Assembly: GCF_036964675.1 (NCBI RefSeq)
Contig: NZ_JBALTF010000003.1
Location: 5,628 to 69,627, forward strand
Origin: Parasphingorhabdus sp.
GTDB taxonomy: Bacteria > Pseudomonadota > Alphaproteobacteria > Sphingomonadales > Sphingomonadaceae
Reading direction: 5' to 3'
DNA: 64,000 bases
In this document: positions 50,638-64,000 of the stretch, in pieces
Numbering within the stretch: position 1 is the stretch's first letter
Layout of the letters: every line of letters starts with the position of its first letter
Made by a program: the position numbers and the translations under genes
Notes under the pieces: model-generated
What the model saw: only the letters and a program-made list of their open reading frames with translations
Databases searched by the model: none
What the model was told of the DNA's origin: nothing

Positions 50638-51782
50638 TAGCTCCTCGGCAGGCCCAGCACATGTTCGGCGACATAGGACAGGATCATATTGGTGCTGATC
50701 GGAGCGACCTGATAGAGCCGGGTCTCGCGAAATTTGCGCTCGACATCATATTCTGCCGCAAAACCAAAGCCGCCATGGGTCTGGACGCAGGCTTCTCCCG
50801 CAGCCCAGCTGGCATCGGCGGCCAGCATCTTGGCCATATTGGCTTCCTCGCCGCAATTTTCGCCCGCTTCATATTTGCGCAGGCCCTCGTGGACCAGCAG
50901 CTCGGCGGCGCGCATCTGCGCATAGGCGCGGGCGATCGGGAATTGCACGCCCTGGTTCTGGCCAATCGGTCGGCCGAACAGTACCCGCTCCTTGGCATAA
51001 GCGGTGGCCTTTTCGATGAACCATTTGGCATCGCCGATACATTCCGCCGCAATCAGCAGCCGCTCGGCGTTCATGCCGGAGAGAATATAGCGAAAGCCAT
51101 TGCCCTCCTCGCCGATCAGATTCGCAGCGGGGACGCGCATATTGTCAAAGAACAATTCGGTGGTGCTGTGGTTCATCATCGTCTCGATCGGCCGGATGGT
51201 CAGGCCGTTGCCCAGCGCTGCGTTCATGTCGACAAGAAAGACCGACAGGCCGTCGGTGCGCTTGCTCACCTGGTCGCGCGGCGTCGTACGGGCGAGCAAC
51301 AGCATCAAGTCGCTATGCTCGGCCCGGCTGGTCCATAATTTCTGACCATTGATGACATAATCATCGCCATCACGCTTGGCGACGGTCTTGAGCGCCAGCG
51401 TATCGGTGCCGCTGGTCGGCTCGGTTACGCCAAATGCTTGCAGGCGCAATTCACCGGTGGCGATCTTTGGCAGATATTGGGATTTCTGCTCGTCCGATCC
51501 GTGGCGCAACATCGTGCCCATGATATACATTTGCGCGTGCACCGCGCCACCGTTACAGCCCTGCGCCTGAATTTCTTCGAGGATCGCTGCCGCCGCGGAA
51601 ATCGGCAGTCCGGCACCGCCAAATTCTTCAGGGATCAGGGCCGCAAGATATCCCGCTTCGCCGAGAGCGTTGACAAAATCGGTCGGATATTCGCGCGCCT
51701 TGTCCCGCGCGCGCCAATATTCGCCGGGAAATTTCTGGCAAAGCTTGGCAACTTCCGCGCGTATATCACTATAATCCTGCAT
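50634..51782 (-). CDS. Acyl-CoA dehydrogenase
   Basis: FGVTEPTSGTDT, NGQKLW, REQ-like ERVLFGRPIG, QTHGGFG. Confidence 0.94.
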   Translation of the reverse strand: MQDYSDIRAEVAKLCQKFPGEYWRARDKAREYPTDFVNALGEAGYLAALIPEEFGGAGLPISAAAAILEEIQAQGCNGGAVHAQMYIMGTMLRHGSDEQKSQYLPKIATGELRLQAFGVTEPTSGTDTLALKTVAKRDGDDYVINGQKLWTSRAEHSDLMLLLARTTPRDQVSKRTDGLSVFLVDMNAALGNGLTIRPIETMMNHSTTELFFDNMRVPAANLIGEEGNGFRYILSGMNAERLLIAAECIGDAKWFIEKATAYAKERVLFGRPIGQNQGVQFPIARAYAQMRAAELLVHEGLRKYEAGENCGEEANMAKMLAADASWAAGEACVQTHGGFGFAAEYDVERKFRETRLYQVAPISTNMILSYVAEHVLGLPRSY

Positions 51783-51979
51783 TCATTCCTGTCCTTCAAT
51801 CATTCACGGTTGACCAGCTATGCCCGAATTCCGGGAGCGCCGGCCAAAGGCTCACAATCCGGATAGCGCATAAGCGGCGGTCATGCTCATGTTGATTGAA
51901 ACGAACTCGGCTGGAATATCAACTGCCAATCACGCGAGCCGGGGATTAGATGTTCCCGCAGCTGGGCCAGTCAAATATT

Positions 51980-53914
<1,935 letters not shown>

Positions 53915-53922
<8 letters not shown>

Positions 53923-54589
53923 ATTTCAGGCCTTCCTTCTCCAGCCGCTCGCGCATGCTGTACATGTCGAGGCCCAAGATGCCGCTCTCCAGCTTCTGCC
54001 TTTTGTCTTCCTCATTGGCCTCCCGCGCCTGCGCCTTTTCCAGCACTTCGGCCGCATTTTGCCGCGGCACTACACAAACGCCGTCATCATCGGCGACGAT
54101 CACATCACCCGGATTTACAAGAGCGCCGGCGCAGACGATCGGGATATTCACCGAACCCAATGTGTTCTTGACGGTGCCCTGGGCAAAGACAGCTTTCGAC
54201 CAGACCGGAAAATTCATTTGGGTGAGATCGCGGACATCGCGAACACCGGCGTTGATGATCAGGCCGCGACCACCACGTGATTGCGCCGATGTCGCCAGAA
54301 GGTCGCCGAAATAGCCATCTTCGCAGGGGCTGGTCGGTTCCAGAACCAATATGTCGCCCGCCTGCATCTGTTCGATCGCGACATGGACCATCCAGTTATC
54401 GCCGGGCGCTGCCGATATGGTGACGGCATTTCCGGCCACGCGCGCTCCGGCATAGATCGGCGTCATATGCGAGGCCATGAGGCCGGTTCGGCCCTGTGCT
54501 TCGTGGACTGTCGCCACGCCGCATTTGCCGAGTGCATCGACCAGTTTCAGATCGGTCCGTTCAATATTCTGAACAACAATATTCGCCAT
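53915..54589 (-). CDS. ligK: 4-carboxy-4-hydroxy-2-oxoadipate (HMG/CHA) aldolase
   Basis: [31 protein letters not shown]. Confidence 0.93.
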
Positions 54590-54644
54590 TTTCAATTCCT
54601 CTAACAATCATGTCAGTGTCGCAGGCCAAGCGGGATTGCGCAAT

Positions 54645-54670
54645 TTGGAACTTGGGCCGGGCTATAAGAT
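54645..54670 (-). promoter_or_regulatory. Predicted LigR site upstream of ligK
   Basis: ATCTTATAGCC-N9-TTCCAA on minus strand; same conserved positions at 55843-55868 on plus strand. Confidence 0.6.
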
Positions 54671-54687
54671 TGTGCTAATCCTGTTCC

Positions 54688-55833
54688 ATGGAAATTTGGG
54701 AACTCAACTTGCGTCATTTGTATGCAGCGATGGAAATCTGCGACAAAGGCAGCATAAGCGCTGCGGCAGATGCGGTAAATCTGACCCAGCCGGCGATAAC
54801 CCAGGGGTTGGTGAAGCTCGAAACACAATTGGGGCAACCGCTGTTTGAGCGTCATCCGGACGGGATGACTCCGACGTCCGCTGCGACGATATTTGTCCCC
54901 AGGATCGAGGCCGCACTGGCCAATATCGGTTCGACCCGCGTGACCATGGCGCAATTGCGCGCCTTTCTGTCGGTGGCAGAGCATGGCAGCTATCCAACCG
55001 CCAGCGCGATGTCGGGTCTGGCGCAGCCATCGCTGCATCGTTCGGTTGCCAATCTTGCCATCGCCCTGAAGCGCAAATTGCTGGAACGGCGCGGCAAAGG
55101 CATGGCGCTGACCGCACAGGGTCGCGCGCTGGCCCGCCTCTTCCGTCTGGCCCGCGCCGAACTTGCCGCCGGACTGTCGGAACTGGAGGCACTCAAGGGC
55201 CGGGAAACGGGCATAATTTCGATTGGCGCCATGCCTCTGTGCAGAGCGCGTCTGCTGCCCAAGGCTGTGGCGCAATTTCACCATGCTTATCCCGAAAGCG
55301 AAATCCGGATTGTCGAGGGCAGCCATAATGAGCTTATCGAGCCACTGCGTGACGGTGAACTGGATCTTCTGATCGGGGCGCTGCGCGATCCCCCGCCCGG
55401 CGATGACGTGCAACAAAGGCCGCTATTCGAAGATCATCCGGTGGTTATCGGCCGCTATAGTCATCCATTGCAGGGCCACCGCCCCGATCTCGAGAAACTC
55501 GCCAGTTACCCGTGGATCATCGCTGCCCCTGGCACGCCGCTCAGAATGCGGTGGGAGCAAATGTTCGAGTCTGCGGGGATAGCCTGTCCGGATGTTCCGA
55601 TAGAATGCGGTTCGGTGATTACCATCCGCCAGATATTGCTCGAAAGCGATTTTCTGACCTTGCTCTCGCCGGATCAGGTTGCCGTGGAACTGGAGGCGGG
55701 ATGGCTGTCGGCAATCGGCGAGCCGCCGGAAGGGTTGCACCGGATCATCGGCGCAACCACGCGCGCGGGCTGGATGCCAACCGCGATGCAGCGGGCTTTC
55801 ATGGCGATGCTGGAAGCGGCGGCGAAAAACTGA
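54688..55833 (+). CDS. ligR: LysR-type regulator with two HTH segments
   Basis: N-terminal HTH (SISAAA..LTQPAIT) and second HTH (SYPTAS..LAQPSLHR); divergent from ligK. Confidence 0.88.
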   Translation: MEIWELNLRHLYAAMEICDKGSISAAADAVNLTQPAITQGLVKLETQLGQPLFERHPDGMTPTSAATIFVPRIEAALANIGSTRVTMAQLRAFLSVAEHGSYPTASAMSGLAQPSLHRSVANLAIALKRKLLERRGKGMALTAQGRALARLFRLARAELAAGLSELEALKGRETGIISIGAMPLCRARLLPKAVAQFHHAYPESEIRIVEGSHNELIEPLRDGELDLLIGALRDPPPGDDVQQRPLFEDHPVVIGRYSHPLQGHRPDLEKLASYPWIIAAPGTPLRMRWEQMFESAGIACPDVPIECGSVITIRQILLESDFLTLLSPDQVAVELEAGWLSAIGEPPEGLHRIIGATTRAGWMPTAMQRAFMAMLEAAAKN

Positions 55834-55842
55834 ATTCGCTTT

Positions 55843-55868
55843 ATCTTATAGCCAATCTCGCTTTCCAA
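55843..55868 (+). promoter_or_regulatory. Predicted LigR site upstream of orf-ligJABC
   Basis: ATCTTATAGCC-N9-TTCCAA. Confidence 0.6.
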
Positions 55869-55904
55869 TTGGCAGATATCTCGGCTTGCAGATAGCATCC
55901 GGTC

Positions 55905-56687
55905 ATGACGCAAAATGTCTCTCTTATCGGTTTCGGTGAAGCGGGCTCGACCTTTGCCAGGGCAGGCGGTTGGGGTGATGCCGCGCGAGTCTATGATATC
56001 AAGGACAAGTTGTCGGAATATAGGGCGGCAGGTGTGATCGGATGCGCTTCCTCGCGTGACGCGATAAAGGGTTCCGCTGCGATCATCAGTCTTGTGACCG
56101 CCGGTCAGGCTATGGCTGCTGCAGAAGAAGCTGCACAGGGCATTGCACCGGGCGCGCTATATTTTGATATGAATTCGGTGGCACCCGATACCAAACGCAG
56201 CGCGGCAAAATATATTGATGAAGCAGGCGGACGCTATGTCGATGTTGCGGTCATGGCGCCGGTCAATCCCGCCGAGATGTCCGTGCCGCTGCTGCTTTCC
56301 GGCGCTGATGCAGCCGATGGAGCGCTTGTTCTGGGCAAGCTCGGTTTTGACAATATTCGTCTGGTGGATGGAGAAATCGGCAAATCATCATCGATCAAGA
56401 TGATCCGTTCGATCATGGTCAAGGGCATCGAAGCGCTGACCGCAGAAATGATGCTCGCCGCCCGCGAAGCCGGTGTCAGTGACGATGTTCTGCAATCGCT
56501 CGGTCCGGAATGGGCTGAAAAGGCAAATTACAATATCGAGCGGATGACCACCCATGGGTTGCGCCGCGCAGAAGAAATGGAACAGGTCGCTTTGACCCTG
56601 GATGCACTGGGCATCGAACCACTGATGACAAAAGCCACGATTGCCCGCCAGCGGCAAATGGCGAATAAGGGAGGACTGGCAGCATGA
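55905..56687 (+). CDS. NAD(P)-dependent oxidoreductase (6PGD/3-HIBADH-like, DUF1932-like C-terminus)
   Basis: IGFGEAG Rossmann motif, DMNSVAP, DVAVMAPV, KMIRS. Confidence 0.88.
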   Translation: MTQNVSLIGFGEAGSTFARAGGWGDAARVYDIKDKLSEYRAAGVIGCASSRDAIKGSAAIISLVTAGQAMAAAEEAAQGIAPGALYFDMNSVAPDTKRSAAKYIDEAGGRYVDVAVMAPVNPAEMSVPLLLSGADAADGALVLGKLGFDNIRLVDGEIGKSSSIKMIRSIMVKGIEALTAEMMLAAREAGVSDDVLQSLGPEWAEKANYNIERMTTHGLRRAEEMEQVALTLDALGIEPLMTKATIARQRQMANKGGLAA

Positions 56688-57702
56688 GCCTGATCATTGA
56701 TTGTCATGGTCATTATACCACAGCGCCGACAGCGCATAATGAATGGCGCGAGGCGCAGAAGGCGGCTTATGCGTCCGGCGAACCGGCCGGGCCTTATCCC
56801 GAAATTTCCGACGACCAGATCCGCGAAACGCTTGAGGCAAACCAGATCAGGTTGCTGAAAGAGCGCGGTGCAGACATGACGATATTCTCGCCCCGCGCAT
56901 CGGCGATGGCGCCGCATATCGGTGATGAAGGCGTCGCCAAAAAATGGGCGCAGGTGAATAATGATCTGATCAAGCGCTGCGCCGAACTCTATCCGGATAT
57001 ATTCGTGCCAGTCTGCATGTTGCCGCAAAGTCCGAAAGCGGACATGCAGGGCAGTATCGAGGAGCTGGAACGTTGCGTCGACATGGGTTTTGTCGGATGC
57101 AATCTCAATCCCGACCCCGGCGGCGGCAAGTTTGAACACCCGCCGTTGACCGATACATTCTGGTATCCGTTCTACGAGAAAATGGTAGAGCTGGACGTAC
57201 CGGCGATGATCCATGTTTCGGGCAGCTGCAATCCGGCCATGCATGCAACCGGCGCTTATTATATCGCGGCAGACACGATCGCCTTCATGCAATTCATCCA
57301 GGGCGATCTGTTCAAGGATTTTCCGGATCTGCGGTTCATCATTCCGCATGGCGGTGGCGCGGTTCCCTATCATTGGGGGCGCTATCGCGGCCTTGCCGAC
57401 ATGCTCAAGCAACCGGATCTGTCCGGCCATGTGATGAACAACGTGTATTTTGACACCTGTGTCTATCACCAGCCCGGCGTCACGTTGCTGGCCGACGTGA
57501 TCGACAACAAAAATATCCTGTTTGGCAGCGAAATGGTCGGGGCGGTGCGCGGCATCGACCCGCAGACAGGTCAATATTTTGATGACACGAAACGTTATGT
57601 TGATGCGCTCGATATTTCCGATGCCGAGCGGCACGCGATTTTTGAGGGCAATGCGCGGCGGGTCTACCCCCGGCTGGATGCCCAATTGAAGGAGAGAGGA
57701 TT

Positions 57703-57706
<4 letters not shown>
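56684..57706 (+). CDS. ligJ: 4-oxalomesaconate hydratase
   Basis: IDCHGHYTTAP, NLNPDP, HGGGAVPYHWGRY, FGSEMVGA. Confidence 0.94.
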
Positions 57707-58993
<1,287 letters not shown>

Positions 58994-59011
58994 ATTCGAC
59001 GGAGAATTAAC

Positions 59012-62107
<3,096 letters not shown>

Positions 62108-62111
<4 letters not shown>

Positions 62112-62322
62112 CGCTCGATGTCATCATAAATTACGCCGCGCCCACCGATTTTCGCCAGCGCTATTATGCCAATGACCATAGCAAGGACACGGTGGTGATC
62201 GATGGGCGCTCCATACTTGTCTTATCGATTTGCAGGGCAAGACACGCAAGGCTGAGCTGGCCAAAAAGAAGGCTGGTGTGCCGCTGGACGCGCCGAGCCT
62301 GGCGATATTGTCCAACTATTGA
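62108..62322 (+). pseudogene. Gene remnant(s): 5' stub resembling CmcJ/NvfI-family oxidoreductases joined out of frame to an unrelated-looking 3' stub
   Basis: MTLDVIINYAAPTDFRQRYYANDHSKDTVVIDGRSI, then a shifted frame LIDLQGKTRKAELAKKKAGVPLDAPSLAILSNY-stop; family calls from recollection only. Confidence 0.4.
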
Positions 62323-62327
62323 AAAAT

Positions 62328-62358
62328 AAGGCCGGATCGCAGTGCGCAATCCGGCCTT
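62328..62358. terminator. Hairpin between convergent units
   Basis: AAGGCCGGAT/ATCCGGCCTT 10-bp stem. Confidence 0.65.
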
Positions 62359-62385
62359 CGTCATTTTATTTTAGCAACAGCTTTG

Positions 62386-63507
62386 CTAGATACGAGCGGC
62401 AGCGATATCCGCCCCTTCTCTCAGCGCATTCAGCTTTTTCCAGCAAACCTGCGGATCAATCTTGCCATAGCCGGCGAAGGTGCCAAAACCGCAATCGGTG
62501 GACGCGATGACGCGATCAGCACCGACGATATCGATAAAATGTTCCAGACGCTGGGCAATCAATTCCGGATGCTCGACATAGTTGGAACAGGTGTCGATCA
62601 GGCCGGGCGCCAATATCTTGCTGTCCGGTATCTTGGCGTCAGCCCAGACCTTCCACTCATGTTCGTGGCGCGGGTTGGCGGCTTCGAACAGAACCGTGTC
62701 GGGACGCGCCTTCAAGATAATATCGACAATGCTTTCCAGCGGAATGTCGTGATCATGCGGCCCTTCATAATTGCCCCAGCAGATGTGCATCCGCAATTTG
62801 TCCTTCGGAATATTGGCGGTCGCTGCGTTCAAAGCCTCGACATTGGCCTCGGCGATCTTGAGAAAGTCCGCCTCACTGGCATCCTGATAGCCTGTATGAC
62901 GCGACATCGCGAGATCGGGACAATCGAGTTGCAAATAGAATCCCGCCTCTGCAATGGCCTCATATTCCGGGCGCATGGCATCGACCAGATCAGCCAGATA
63001 GGCTTCATGATTCGGATAATATTGATTCGGCTGAAACGCGGTAATCAGGCCGGGAGATGCAGCATTCATGAAACCCTGAATGGACTTGCCCTCGGTGGCC
63101 TTCTTGAACCGACCTATATCTTCATGACATGGTTCAAGATTGACCAGCTTGACTTCACTGATGCAGGCCGCCCGGACAAATTCCTGATCACCCATGATCG
63201 CGCCCAGCTTCTTGCGAAACTCGGGAAGCGGCGCGAGATCCAGCGCCGGTTTCCGCGGGACGTCGCCGCCAAAGCCGGACAAGCGCTCCGTCATATAGGT
63301 GGAATAGCCGACTTTGCCGAGCTCCCCATCGCTGACAAATGTAACGCCCGCTGCAATCTGCTGGTCTACGACAGAAGATATCGCCGCCTGAACCTTGCTA
63401 TCAAATTCAGCTTCATCATAAGGTTCGCCATGGTCGCGGGCGAGCAGGAGCGGAACCAGTTCGTCGCCTCTTGGCAGACTTCCTACATGTGTGGTTGCAA
63501 TCTTCAT
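62386..63507 (-). CDS. Cobalamin-independent methionine synthase II family protein (single catalytic barrel)
   Basis: TTHVGSLPR, SDGE, HICWGN, STDCGFG Zn-ligand motifs; 373 aa. Confidence 0.9.
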   Translation of the reverse strand: MKIATTHVGSLPRGDELVPLLLARDHGEPYDEAEFDSKVQAAISSVVDQQIAAGVTFVSDGELGKVGYSTYMTERLSGFGGDVPRKPALDLAPLPEFRKKLGAIMGDQEFVRAACISEVKLVNLEPCHEDIGRFKKATEGKSIQGFMNAASPGLITAFQPNQYYPNHEAYLADLVDAMRPEYEAIAEAGFYLQLDCPDLAMSRHTGYQDASEADFLKIAEANVEALNAATANIPKDKLRMHICWGNYEGPHDHDIPLESIVDIILKARPDTVLFEAANPRHEHEWKVWADAKIPDSKILAPGLIDTCSNYVEHPELIAQRLEHFIDIVGADRVIASTDCGFGTFAGYGKIDPQVCWKKLNALREGADIAAARI

Positions 63508-63530
63508 CCGACCTCCCAATCATAATATTT

Positions 63531-63622
63531 TTTGTATGTCTTACTTACAATAGCAATTGACGTTCTGGTACGTAACACATACAAACCGATTGAAAGTCAA
63601 TGTTGCAACCAAAATTGTTGCA
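63531..63622. promoter_or_regulatory. Operator-like inverted repeats in the MetE-like/O-demethylase spacer
   Basis: TTTGTATGTCTTAC (63531-44) versus GTAACACATACAAA (63572-85), 13/14 inverted; TGCAAC-N7-GTTGCA (63604-22). Confidence 0.55.
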
Positions 63623-63651
63623 TATAAAATATTCTTAGGAGCAATGGACCG

Positions 63652-64000
63652 ATGGCAAATCAACAATCACTTGAGCAAATTCTCGACCAAGCTGGAGACA
63701 CTGTCGAACTTTTGCGCAACCAGCAGGTTGGACCTAATGTCTATCCAGGCGTCCCGGCCGAATTTTCCAACTGGCGCGTGGAGCAGCGGGCTTGGAATGA
63801 TAGCTGTGTGCTGTTCAATCAATCCTATCATATGGCCGAGTTGATGGTTGAAGGACCGGATGCCTTTGAATTTCTCAATGGCATTGGCATCAACAGTTTC
63901 AAGAATTTTGTCCCCGACCGGGCCAAGCAATTTGTGCCCGTCAGCCATGATGGATTCGTGATCGGCGATGTCATCCTGTTCTATCTGGCCGAAAATAAAT
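63652..64000 (+). CDS. desA: Tetrahydrofolate-dependent aryl O-demethylase (DesA/LigM, GcvT family), 5' part
   Basis: Manual translation MANQQSLEQILDQAGDTVELLRNQQVGPNVYPGVPAEFSNWRVEQRAW..FNQSYHM..VIGDVILFYLAEN. From memory closer to DesA than LigM. Runs off the window. Confidence 0.8.
   Translation, partial: MANQQSLEQILDQAGDTVELLRNQQVGPNVYPGVPAEFSNWRVEQRAWNDSCVLFNQSYHMAELMVEGPDAFEFLNGIGINSFKNFVPDRAKQFVPVSHDGFVIGDVILFYLAENK

Overview
Alphaproteobacterial chromosome segment. Protein sequences, REP-like repeats and the lig cluster point to Sphingomonadales, probably Parasphingorhabdus/Sphingorhabdus-like (inference). Left to right: (1) a >1,040-codon exported TPR-CHAT (caspase-like) protease gene on the minus strand, running off the left edge and absent from the ORF track, plus three small exported proteins; (2) the str-S10-spc ribosomal superoperon (rpsL to rplO), secY and adk; (3) an insert (SRPBCC protein, gdhA, rimB, rimK, M14 carboxypeptidase) before the alpha operon (rpsM, rpsK, rpoA, rplQ); (4) a prolyl oligopeptidase and two paralogous secreted proteins; (5) an acyl-CoA catabolic cluster with an Lva/ACAD10-11-like module and a PimCD-like ACAD pair; (6) a 1.7-kb spacer with no credible long ORF upstream of a signal-peptide-bearing katG; (7) a protocatechuate 4,5-cleavage cluster (ligKUI, ligR, ligJABC) with pobA, a MetE-like protein and the start of a DesA/LigM O-demethylase. 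The spacer (45131-46834) is the most unusual part. It holds a 24-aa sORF behind an EcfG-like promoter, two CCUCC anti-SD hairpins, three DnaA-box matches with two GANTC sites, and a ~380-nt terminator-capped multi-hairpin segment with 24 GGA motifs. No rRNA, tRNA, CRISPR array, transposase or prophage was found.
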